64,000 nucleotides of DNA from Pelomyxa schiedti (Eukaryota > Protista > Evosea), in assembly GCA_020536535.1 (NCBI GenBank), contig JAHLWZ010000810.1, positions 1-64,000 of the forward strand, in the 5' to 3' direction. A model generated the notes under the pieces. It had not been told where the DNA came from. It was given only the letters and a program-made list of their open reading frames with translations, and did not search any database. Of this stretch, positions 1 to 12,818 are shown piece after piece. The stretch's first letter is position 1; each line of letters begins with the position of its first letter. A program made the position numbers and the translations under genes.

Positions 1-3000
1 TTTCTGTCTATGATGATGGTGTTGCAATCAAATTTGACATTTCTGACAACATTCCTACTTCCTCTCCCTCACTCATATGGGTGTGCAATATCCATCCTTA
101 TCATATGTCAAATAATGGTTTGTCTTCTTGTTCAAGTCTCCATCTCCCAACCGGCATGAGACAGAGAGGGGTGGGTGTGAAGAGCGCCTAGGGAATGTTG
201 ACAAGAATACCTCGGTATATATCATGTACTCCAAGTACACTATTACATTTGTTTTGGACATGCGTGCTTCCATTACATCAGTGGATGTAACAACTGGGAC
301 AATTTACATAGACCAAGTAAAGGTACAAGTTACAACCTCGTCTTATGGTCTCCCAAGATTATGACTGTCCTATCTAATTATATCATGTGCTTAAGAACCC
401 CCATGTGCATGACACTAGGCGACTCAAAACTTCAGGTATATTGACAAAATAATACCTTTTCAGAACCCCTTTTGGTACAGTTCTCTCCAACCATCTTTGT
501 GAATGTCATTGCTGGCTCTGACTTCGAGGAGGCTGTAGAAGTACTTGTACAAGAATATTCACTCACAAGTGAAGAAGAAATATCTGGTCTTATTGAAATT
601 CTAAATGAAGGTGTTATAAGAATGGAAACCAAAATTGCCACCCTCATGGGATCCTTACCCAGGTACATCAAGATTAGGAAGTAGAAAATGTTAACACTTT
701 TTAAGTTCCAAACGGAATCCACCTGAACTATCCTTTGCAAGCATTTTACATCATGTACTTTTTGGATTCAATGTTACCCCAAAGGATTGTTGTCCTATTG
801 TTATTTGTAAAACTTGTACCAAATTGATGTCTTCTCATGGTTGCTATTAGATATAACAGATGGGAGTTTGACGTATCAGGATACCACTGGCTATGACCCT
901 CAACTGATGCTATTTACCCGTGATGACATATCTTGCTTTATTGTCCAACTCGGATCCAATGTAGCACTGACCAGTAGGTTGGGGTTTCTTCCAGACACAG
1001 GTTTGTCTCACACAATTGTTTCTACCCTTGAGCAACTTCTCCTAGACTTGAATAAGTTTATATGCAAACGTTCTTACGGAACCTTATTGCTGGCTTCTGA
1101 AATGGGATTGGATTGTGCACCAATTGCAAATAGCTGGTGGACTACCACCAGAATTCAGCAACTCCTTTTTTTTAGAGTGTGTGCGCCTTTCATATTTGCT
1201 TTTTCTCAATCACTAAGGGTGTCAATGTTGACTTCTGTTTAGAGGAACCAGAAACACTTGTTTTGGATGTACAAGGTGTTCCAAGAGAGATGTTGTACTG
1301 TGTTCCTTTATTGAAGGTTTAGATTGAAGTTCCACTTTTCGATACTTATATAGTAGCAAAATATTGTTTCGTATACATTGGACTTAAACCTTCCACGCAC
1401 TGTGACGATGAGATTGTGGGAGGGGTTTCATCTTACTGATGTTTATGAGACCCCGGACGGTACGTGAACCAGGACGATTTTATTTCTTATTGAACTAGGT
1501 CAACTTAACCTTGTGCTTTTGCTTGACTGGCACCCCCACATCAAAATACAATATCACATCCATACATCAGGTTTATCACACTTTGCTGTATGTTCTTTGC
1601 TGTTTTGCTCTAGATTCATCTTTGGTTTATTTTTAGGCTCAATCATCTTCTGTAGTTGATATTTCTATTATTTCGTACTACGAACTTCTCTTCCAGTTTT
1701 CCAATCTTTTACAGCAAGTATGTTTGTTGTTTAGGGTAGATGCTTAACAAAACACAATAAAAAGGACAAATCAACTAAAGGAGAACGAGGCCAAGAACTT
1801 CAGTCAGATGGGATATGTGTGCACTTGCTGTCCTATCTAAACACTTTAGAAGACCAAGACAGGTTTGCTCCTTGGAGCTTGGTTCCAACTCATTTCAACA
1901 AGATTCGTGTCACAAATAAATTTGTCCAGTGAAGATAAAATATGGTGACTTAAGATGTTGTATCACTCATCGGTTTACGACTTGTAGGACTCTGTGTGAC
2001 ACAATTTTCCAGAGATCATGGCATCACTTTGTGGCAACTGCAAAACTTACATTTTTATGCAAACCAGATACAGGTATCAGTCTACTTTCTATTATGATGT
2101 TTAGCCAATGCTGCAGAGTTTTGTTCAAAAGAGTTGCCAACCTTCAGAAATGGACAAAAGCAGGTAGAAGAAAAATGTAGACATTGGGCAACGTACCACC
2201 ACAATACCCAGCAAATATATATTAAAGTATTCGCGGGAAATTTTTCTATGAGCCTTGTGCATGCTATATGGTATTTACATCACTTAAAAACGCGTAAATA
2301 ATCCAAGTTTCCAACAAGGGATACCCCATGCCTGGTGTCAATACATATTGCCTTCCTTTTTGTGCCCCTTCTATTGCAAAGAGATCTTGTTGACTCTCTT
2401 GCACAAACTGTTGTATCTTGCCAAGTACGCATAACCGCTTTGTGAATTCCCTTCAAATCGTACAATTCCACAGGGTGTCAGCTTCGTCACAAAAGTTCCC
2501 TCCTACACACCTTCAATGCTTATTCAGTACTGTCAAAGTGATCGTACAAAGAAAACAGAGTTCGTAAGTGGGGAACCTACAAGTGGGGATCTCACCGGAG
2601 GCACACCTTCAAAGCAAACACTACCTACTGCCTTACATCAGCACGAACCTCCACTTTTTATATCACCTTTCATTGTTTCTTACCTGCTTCACTAGTATGC
2701 TGCATAACACTTTTTTCACACTTGACATGTGTTGAATTAGTCGTTGGGTATGGCATATGCCAAATACTGCCACAATGCAACTGGCAACTACCTTGATCAT
2801 TAGACAGAGGATCAAAGAACAATTTCTTTTTGTCAATACCATGCTGTCAACATTTATTAAGGTATACTTAAATGACATCAATTGCTTGTTGTTCAGCATT
2901 TCCAGTCTTTGAGTGCCATTACAAGCACTAACAGCATGGATCAAAGTATTGTACAATATGTTGTGTACAACAATACGAAATACTTTGCCACAGAACTCTG

Positions 3001-6000
3001 GATGGAACCCAAGTCAGGGTATGAGAACCAGTAAAGACACTACCTATTCATCTATTACATGTGCAGCTTTGTTCAATCCAATCCAACTGGTGACCGAATT
3101 CCAATGGTTGTTGTACCCCGATCTATATATTCCTGTATTAAAGACTGCAGCAAAAAGTATTTCAGTCTCTTTGCGCATGGGTTTTTGAGTCCGACCGTTG
3201 TGTGGTTGCAGCTCTTGCCACTTTTGACACGCTTGTGAATTCCCCTCCTGAAATAGATCCACCCACACCATGTGCCAAGGTTCTCACACAGGGAAATCAT
3301 ACTCTATGCCAACTGGTAAGGTATTAATTCTCACACATTCAATTTAAATCGTTTAGGGACCACTCTTCAATTTATCTCTTATTCTCCCAGATGATATGAC
3401 TAAAATGCAAACACCTCTTCCAGCTTTACAGTTGCCAACCTCCGAGTATGTATGCACACTAAAAATACTTTGTTAATTGAGCATACAACACCTATTGCAG
3501 AGGGCAACTGCGAGCACATCTGAGACTGCATATGCAAATTGGAGAACAACTGAAGGAATTAAATCACGCTGAAATACACAACTTACACTTGCAAGAAGGC
3601 TTGCCCTCTGAATACACAAGGTAGAATGGTTCCTAACCATTATTCACCAATTTACCAGTGGACGCTGCTTTGTTAAAGCAATGAATTCTGAGATTGTTAT
3701 TCTCACATTCTTGCATTCTGTGAGTACTGCTCCCTATTCGGACTGGGTTGTAAGTATATTTTGTTCTGATAAAAAAAGCCTGGAAACTGGAAGTCTATCT
3801 TTCAAGTCTGACCTACTTTTTTCGAAGTTAGTTGACATCTTTTCCCAGGTATCGGTCCAGTACAAATCGCTCCCTTCTAGAGTCAACTGGGGTGCTTCCT
3901 AACATCCCCGAATATCCCATGAGGTCCATATCCCTTTCCTCTTATAACAAAAAACCATCATTACAGGCAAGAAATATCAATTACAGTCAAAGAGTACGAG
4001 TCAGAAATCCTCCGAAACTACCATAAAATCTGCTTCACATGCTTGTATTTTAATATTGTTGAAGGGTAACGCAATTCCCCGACTTTTATGGCACTAAACA
4101 TTAACCACAGAGTTGGATGTGTTGATATGGATTTCAAAAGAGTTTTGTGTGACTTTATAGCCACTGACTCTACAGTAGAGGTTTGACTCTGAGACCCTTC
4201 CATTTTCCCATATAACCAGATACCTTTGACACCTTTGCTTCTTATACTTCATCGCAGACAAAACCCAAAGCAGCTTGTAATGTAAATACTTCCAGGAACT
4301 CTAAAAACTTCACTCATGAAGACAAAATAGCCTCCATCAAAGTTTCTTGAACTTAATGTCACAACACTTTCCTCCTGTTACCTGCGCTCCATCATATTAC
4401 TATTACCACTCCAGTGCCATTACGAACTCTGTTCCGTTGTTCCTACACTTGCAGATATATGCTGACAGCTCTGGTAATGACCTTGCAATAATTATTCTCA
4501 TTGGTCCTCCAGAGTTTTCCACTCTTGAAAGCCTTTCTCGTGAATTATTCCACCACAACTGGGCCAGTTCCAAGTGCTTTTTAAAGCTTTCATTCTATGC
4601 ATTGCCAGGTGTGTCAACACAGTCCATAAGTGACCTGACATCCAAATTCATGTATGCCACAGTATCTCAACACTTCTTTTTTTTTAACTTTTTGCCTATT
4701 ATTTGACCTGCAGACTGGGAACGGAATCTCTTATTTCTGATACTACACTTTCCCAATTGACAGTAGAAAGACCCATTACTCTAGAAACCCTCAAACAGGT
4801 CACATCATTTCGCCTTGGCTGTCTTGGTATTTAATACTTTCTAGGTTAAGGAGTTATTGTCAAAATCTGAATCATTCAAAAAAGAGGACTTCCCGTATCA
4901 TTTTGTTGAACCTAGAGAAACTGGCAAGAAAGTTTTCTTGCAAACAATTCAGGACATTGGGCAACTAAAGGTATTCTCTCAGTTTCCTTTGCAGTAACTT
5001 ATTTGTGTGGAGTGGGTGTCTGAGAGTATGGCTTTCTATATAGAAAACCAGCCAGGATCAAAGGGTTCACGCTTCCCTTTCATTGAGTGGCATCCCAACA
5101 TTAATTTTAACAAAGATTTTCTGATTCCAGTGTGGATTATTGTTGAGCTCAATACTGCTCCAAACCCACCACCACAACCCCCACCACCAATACTTCCACT
5201 TCCAGTTCAATCAGCTTCACAGAACAGTTTCACACCACAACCTGTGGCAACATCACCTCAAGCTTCTGTAAACGTGTTCCTTTCTTCTTCCCCTCCTGCG
5301 GCTGGTGGCCCAGTATATTCAAATCCCCCTGATCTTACAGTCAGTCTTCTTGCTCACAATCCTGATTGCCTTGATGCAGTCAAAACTGAGGCATTTGTTC
5401 TTTAACTAGAGCTCCCAGAGTTATAATTAGACACAACAGATCAACAAAGCTCATATCAAAGCAAACCAGTTACTACTTTTGCAACAGCTCTGGGAGACTA
5501 GGGTTATTTCCCCTTGGCTCGTACCAGATGGAGAACACCCGTAAGCCCCAAGCAACATACAAATAAAATTTATTTGCCTCAGTACACGAACATTTAAACT
5601 TGGACAATTTGCTTGCCAGTCAGTTCAAAAACTCAAGATCCCCATTCACCCACGGCTGGCAAACCAGCACCCTGTTGAGTTGCTCTCTTCAAGTAGGTTG
5701 AAAGTTATACAAATCATTAACAGACAACGAATGTTTGTGTATAGGTAATAGTCAAGTGTTTCCTTGTCCATACGTCCTCTGTCTTACAACATTTTCTTAG
5801 ATCTACCACTATACCTTCATCACAGATATTCTACCTGGCTATGTCTGAAACCGTTGAGGGAGATTTGCACTTTCTCACACTTGATGTAGTGCTGTTTTTC
5901 CCGCACAAGCAGTAACTGAAAAAAAGGTCTATGGTGCAGAACCAGCAGGACCACAACTATCAGAGTTAAATAAACTTATTGTGGAGGAAATTGAACACCT

Positions 6001-9000
6001 TACGATCTTGCAATTCCTCAAGATGCTGGAGACAAATCCAAATCTTAAGGTTCAATGTGCATGTATGGAAACAAGCTTACACAGTATAGTTCACCAAGGC
6101 AGATATGGACTTCGTACAACCACCACAATCTCTCCCCACAAAAACTCTGGTCTTCCAGTAAGCAAGTAGCCAAAGGATAAAGAAGCACTAAACGTTTTTT
6201 CAGAGCACCACCCCATTCATCCAATCCTCATTTCATGTATTACCTCAATCAAAACATTCTTCAGTTTTGTACAAGGTTACACAGTCCCTCTGCATCACCT
6301 GAAGAGATTGTGGAAAAAAAAGGTAAGTTGTACTTTTCCGTTTTTTGCAATAACTTTGCAGTAGGACCACAGTCTCATTCGGTAGAGATTATGACTCTTT
6401 GAAATTTTTGACACTGTTTTTAGCTTTCTGCAAGCTACATCTATTCTAGTACAGATTCAAGATCACTTGCTTTTGTTTATTTAACCCGCTTTTCCTCTCT
6501 TGTATGCTCCCCTTTCTGCACACATTGTTTAGTGTACCTTCTTAGGTTGCTGAAGAAAGTGTATCAGCCAACTTCCCTCCACTCCTAGCCATACCACACT
6601 GTGATAATGAAGGAAAAGTAGTCCCATTAAAATGTGTTGTTATTCCGCCAAGAAGTGCTGAAGGCTCTGACTACCAACCAATTTCGTATTTTCTTGTCAG
6701 TGTCAAACCCTTTGATTGATAGATTTTGTTCTCCCAGGCAACTTGAAGCTCAAGAAGCATGGGAGTCAGTCATGTCAAAATCCAAAGCTGCAGTTCAACA
6801 TCCGACTTCTTCTCTATTGGTTGTAACCTTCTGGATAAGAGGATCGAACACTGAAGAGGAGTTAATCAAGCTATTGTCTCAGTGTATTGATCAGGTCCGT
6901 ACTACTGAAAAATGCTCCTTTTTTTTCTAACTATCTTGAAAGACAATTCTGGAATTTTCTCTTGAAAGGTTTGTGAGTAAATTTAAACTACTTCCATTCC
7001 TCGATGCAGTTGATTTTGTTGGTCCATGTTGCCAACTTATCTCACTGTTACACACAGCAAAAGCCTCTGGCATCAAGGTGTGTTGTAAACATTTCTTTGT
7101 AAAGTAAATTAAATTGTATGTAAATTTGAAAAATGGTTAATGCTTCTAGGAGCAAGAATCTCTCTCATTACCTTCATGGTGCCTGTCACAGTTTGCTCAT
7201 GAAGTAAGGCAGTTAGGATCTTGACTGGACTCTAATTTTTTTCTGCTTTTTCCAGTTGCATAACTTGGTGAGCAATCTGCATGCCAATAGCAACCCCATA
7301 GACTACTACAGCTCAAATGGTGGGAAAAGCTATTCTCTCCTAGACTGGAGTGAATTTCCTACCTATGACACCTCCCAAGCACACTTCGGCAAACAGGCTA
7401 CACCCCAATTGTCCCAAGGTACCTATTCCAGTGTTTCACCAGGACCACAGATACGAGTAAATGAGAAAAACAAGTGGTCCTTCCTTATTGTGAATGGTGG
7501 TCTGACACAAAGGTTTCTGATTTTCAAGAAAAAGCCCGACTTTACTACCTCCTCTTAGTGATGGAAGTTCACCTGTAATGGACCTTTCGAGAGCAGTTGT
7601 CAGACGCCGTTGTGCAATTATAAAGCTAACAAGCGAGTCCCTTGAACTTTATGCCTATTATTGGCTGAAATCGCAGGTCAAGGCATACAATGAAATGGTT
7701 CAAAAGCTTCTGAGGTGGTATCAGGATAGGTCTTCCCTTTTGAATGACATTCTATTCCAGAAGCTTGGCCTCTTTCATGCAGTTGTATGGGAATGCATCA
7801 ATACCCAAGCTTACAAAATAAATAGGCCCTAAATCCCGTCTCATTCTTTGATAGCTTGAAATCCATGGATCCTTTGTTAACAAGGTCTCCATTTGCATCA
7901 TCTGGTAACTTATTGCTGTGTTACATCGTCTTACAATGAACAATGGAACCAGCTGTGGAAGCAAAGACACCAATGTCCTCGGCACAGCCGATTTCAGGTG
8001 CACCGGTGGCGCCTCACTCCAAAGTCACCATATTTCCACTAAGATTTGTGTACAAGGTATCACCTCTGTTTCATCTCCCCAAATCCAAGGCTTACAACCT
8101 TTAGAACTTCACACCAGCTCAACCTCTTCACTCCTTCTCTGGAAATTGGGACCCAGTCATCCAGCACACCAAACAGTTTCGGGTATTTATTCTCTGTTTC
8201 GTAAAAATCGGACACATGTATGTTAATTTAAATCCCAGGCCACAGCAGATCGCCGCACAAAATTACTCCAGCCACAGAACCCTTTACTCTCCAAAGAAAC
8301 CACTGAAAAGGAGGTTATGGATCTTCCGTCGCTTTCCAAAGGCAATAACGATAACAAAGCTTTCACGCATGCTGAGGCATACAAGGCTATTACATTGCTG
8401 CAGGATTCCTCTTTGCATCAGCTTAATGAAATGGAAAAAGCAATTTACTCCTTCACTTTACCTATTTTCTGCTTCAACTCCCGATACTGAGCGGGCATGG
8501 GGTAGACAGTACAGAAATAAGTTCAGTATTATCTTTGAATGACAATCCACTTAGCAACAAAAAAAGGTTCATATCAGAGTACACAACGTACCTAGAGTGT
8601 GAGCTGGGTGTGAAGCAGATCCAGTTACTTCAACAAGGGCACCCCCACTCACAACCACCAGTAAAACATCAGGCACAAGCACACCAGATACAACCACAAC
8701 CCCAACTGCAGCCACAACAGCATCCCCAAGACCACAAGCACCCTGATCGTCCACCATCTGAGGCGGCACACACCCCACAGAGGTCAAGACAGCCTGGCCA
8801 AACCAAGCACATTTTACCAGACAAACAGGTCCCTTTTCTTTCATTTTTTGAATTCCCATAAATTTAGATTTATCACATGAAAGAACTAAGTAGTGAGAAT
8901 ACAGCCATCATTCGGATTGGTTTCAAAGATATATTTGGTATTGTCTTAAGTTAAGCCCTTCTATGCACTAAAGCAGCCACAGTCAGTACAGATATTTTTA

Positions 9001-10629
9001 CAGTTGCTAGCTCACCCACAAATACCAAAAGTGCCAGGTAGAACATTGTTTTTTTTTCTTTGAGTTTGCCTATGCCCTCTAGAATGATCACAGAAGAGTT
9101 CAATAATCTCGCAGCTAAATTGCATCTTAATTCTTTCATATACGATTTTCATATTCGATCTCTTTCACATGTCCTCATCTCAGCTACATCTCATTCCAGT
9201 AGCTCTGCTTCCTCGGCCACAGCAACAAAGTCATGTGACAATTCGGATTCGGCAGCTCCTGAACCGTCTTTAAATGTACGTTTTTCTGGAATCCAGGATA
9301 AACAAACATCCCTTGTAGGTGGCTGGTTTAGACCATGAAACCTTTCCGCACCTCGAGTTCGTTCGAACTCTGGGACTTGTTGTGACAGTCTTTGAAGAGC
9401 CACCAAGATTCGCTTTCAATAATTTGGTATTTTCTCTTTATTTCCTCAGTTATAAATAAACTTGTGCAAACCAAATTGTCAGTGCTCAGAATCACACGAA
9501 ATTAAGATGGAATCTGGTGTTGTTGCTTTAGATATTTTCAAATATATGGAGGAGAATTCCAGAAGGTACCTAACTTTCCGATTTCCACGCTCTTTCATTG
9601 TGTAGATATGGGTTCGACTCGCTTAAGTCTATTGGCCTACGGCCAGTAATATTCAAAACTCACCAGGTAGAATCTCACAGAACGGCAGTTCTTACTTATC
9701 CTTCCACAGTGCCCATGGCGAACGTATTGCTCACTTTCTGCAATCATTTTTGCCCATGGTCCATCTGAGAAGATTGCAGTTGCGTCATCGAATGCTCTTT
9801 GTGATTCTGTTCTTAGTCTCACGATTTTTGTGATGCAAACTAATATTGAAACGTCATTTCCACGCAGAGAATCAGACTGTATTTCTGATGAAGAACGGGA
9901 GTTTAGTATGGAACACTTCCACTCTTCTTGTTTCGTTAAGCTCTTCTAGACACTATGCAGTTGAAGCAATCTATTGAAAAGCTGAAAGTTCACATTGAAA
10001 AAGTTTTGGCAGTGGCTGAGCGCCACTTCCAACGAGACCAACTGTGGACAAGACTGCTGGGCTCACACGACCCTTTTACCCACAACATATCTCCAATGCA
10101 ATTTTCACAGTTCATTGACCTCGTTGAAAAACGGTTGCAGCCTTACTGTCTAGTACCCTCTCAACCATACCACAGGAACCTTCTTGAAATCGACCCCTCT
10201 CTCGGGGAATCACCCAGTGTAATGCACCCCAGAACACTTTTAAATGCTGAACTCCCCTGGAGCACGCTGCTGCGCCATTTGGCACTGTTGTTCGAAAGAG
10301 AGGGCCGCTACATGGCCACAGGAACAGCAGACCATCTTGTGGTGTTCAACCCCATGTCCCGAGGTGATTCCTTGGTGTACTTTGTGTGGAACAGAGGCAC
10401 AACTAGTCACGCCGGAGAGGTCTACTTATGCAAACGTGAACTACCAGAAGATTGTTCCATCCCGCCTGTATCCCACTGCTTTGAGCCCTACAATTATTCC
10501 CCAAGGTACATCGAACCACCACCGGAATTATTGTGCACACAGCATGATGCCGTTCTTATCAGCACTCTCATCAATGCCATTTGCCACTTTGTATTTTTAC
10601 AATTCATGGGAGGCACACCCCTCCACTAA
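1..10629 (+). CDS. SZT2: KICSTOR scaffold SZT2-like protein, multi-exon, 5'-partial (starts upstream of window)
   Basis: Spliced N-terminal exons read KYTITFVLDMRASITSVDVTTGTIYIDQ|IMTVLSNYIMCLRTP...|FSPTIFVNV...VLVQEY...RMETKIATLM, matching the remembered SZT2 N-terminus ([29 protein letters not shown]...FQPEIYVTI...QVLVQG...FEDKVATML). The last exon (9955-10629) has AERHFQRDQLWTRLL...EIDPSL...HLVVFNP...LISTLINAICH, like the SZT2 C-terminus (RRDTLWKRLF...DIDPQL...YLVVLN...SVINTAC). Plus-strand exons with short GT-AG introns run throughout; the middle exons were not individually verified. Confidence 0.8.
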
Positions 10630-10754
10630 AAAAAAAATAAATTTAGAAATAGAAAGACAAAATACAAGATTTTTTTTTTTTTGCTTCTTTGTCAGTTCAT
10701 TCGTCCTCATCATCAGTTTCCACAGGTTCCTTGGTTATATTAGGCCCAATTTAA

Positions 10755-12445
10755 CTAGATACTAGATACCCGCCCAAATTCTTCATACACTCTTGTTTTT
10801 TCCTCTATTCTCTCCCTTGCCTCTTCGAAGTACCCCTCGGAGAGACCTTCACCACCTTGTTTTTTTTTTTGGTTGGCGTTTTTATACTGGAAGATACATA
10901 CTAAACCAGTGGACAAAGGCTCTTTTGGCATAAGCCGTGTCGAACAGGCTGCATATTTCCGATAGGACATTTGAGATAGCAGAGTTATTAGAAACCACAC
11001 AAACAGAAGAAGCACTGGGGTCAAAGTGCAGGCTACTTTGCAACTTTTACCAGAATGAAGTAAGTACCAAAAAACGGGATGGGATAGTTACCGAGGGGCA
11101 ATTCGATACAAATGCTTTGAAATTACATGGATTAAAGTTCACAAATTCAGAGGAATGCGATTGCTTGTAAGCCGATAAGGCAGACACGGCCTGTATCTCG
11201 TTCACAGCACCGCGATAGAGAGCACAACAAGAGAGATACTTCCCCATATTGGAATGGTATGAGAGCATCTGCGACTCCGGCTCCATAGCTTTTTTTTATC
11301 AAGCAAGTTTATCTGAGTACACAAATTGAGATGGGAATGGACCATATGATAGTAGATCCAATGGCCCAATGGGATTGTGTTCTACAATTCCTTCAAGGTA
11401 TTCCCTCGTTGTGGCACTCATAGACTTCGAAGTCGTGCATGCCGTTTCGGGATTCTCACGTGTAGTGCTGTGTTGAGGACGATGAAGGGGTGCAAATGAT
11501 TCACACAAAAAGTTTGTATTGGGGAAGGGTGTAGAATTCACGATAATTTCATTGAACTTCTCTGAGGCGAGTATTGAAGCAATAGCTACTGATGCTGTTC
11601 TATTCACATCAACGAAGCTTGGCGTGACCAATCCAGTGCGATAGCGTAACACAGAGTACAAGGCACTGTTGTCGAAAAGGAACCAGGACGTTTGGTCCCC
11701 AGAGGTGCAAATGGCATCACACAAAGCAAGAATTGTGTTGTAAATAGACACAGTGTTCCGCTCCAATCCACATGGCAAAAAGGCAAAATTCGCATTTGTA
11801 ACAGCCATTCCATACTCACCAAAGATGAGAGAATCAAAAAAGCTTCCAAATCCAGAACCTGTTCCTCCTCCTTTTATTGTATGGAGGTAATGGTTTTAGC
11901 TTGATACTTGGAGGACATAAAAAAAAATGCATACCCATTGACCTCGTAGTGAAGAAGCCCCCGAAATTGTCACACCCCTCCACGAGCTTCCTCACACTTT
12001 CGAGTACTTCCTCTCTCAAGTCGCGGCAAATGGTGTAATGACCTCTCGTGTAGAAAATCCCACACTCGTTGCTAGCGTGCACTCTGGCACGTGACAATAT
12101 CCCCCCCTCGCGCTTTTGCTGCGCGTGATAATGTGTCACATCTGGCTGTCACATCTGTCACCAAGAGGAAAGGAAAAAAAACAGGCCGAGTCAAATGGCA
12201 AAACGCACCCCGTCAATGAGCACGGCCCGTGGAACGAAGTGCCTGCCACCGTCAGTTTCCGCGAAGAACGCAGAGGGGTGCGTGGGTGCTGGGGTCGACG
12301 TAAGGGGTGGTGCCCCGTTTTGGTGTTGGTTCGAGCTTGTTGTCAATGTTGTGGCTGCTAAGGCCGTCCAAATCGGGTCGGCTAAGTGTGTCCCTGTCTG
12401 CCCATAGTGAAGGCCGATGTACTGCCTCGTGGGGGTGTTAATCAT
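10755..12445 (-). CDS. Highly divergent alpha-type tubulin (multi-exon)
   Basis: Exons give RQYIGLHYGQTG...FFAETDGGRHFVPRAVLIDG, YTRGHYTICRDL...VRKLVEGCD, the signature MG|GGTGSG across an intron (~11842-11870), FLFDNSALY, MEPESQML...GKYLSCCALYRG and GEGLSEGYFEEARE...YEEFG. The order and alpha-specific motifs (RGHYT, GKY..CC.LYRG) match alpha-tubulin. Confidence 0.85.
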
Positions 12446-12818
12446 CTTTCGGCTGGCCCACTTTACCCTAAAACAAACAACTCACTCTTTCAAAATGCCT
12501 TCTTGTAAGCGACATTTACCAAACCCCCGCTTTCAAAGTGAGCTGTGCCTGCCTCCTGTGCCACACATTGGAAGTCACACCGTAGGGCGGTGTCATGTGC
12601 TGCGTCATTACAGGTCACGTTCGAGGCCTAGTGGATCTATTCCTAGAAAAACGACAGCAGTTGAAACGCCAGCGCGAAGGATGAGTAACCTCATGCCCTT
12701 TGGCCCAATGGGCGCCCAATGTTGGGACAAGGCGACAATAAAATAGCATCTATTGCCCATTCAACCAGGCCACCCAAGAAAGACAAAGACCGACACCGAA
12801 ACCGGTTGTGCGACCATC

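Noticed and set aside
9610-9630. GGTTCGACTC, resembling a tRNA T-loop
   Set aside because: It lies in an SZT2 exon (YGFDSLK); there is no acceptor, D or anticodon arm.
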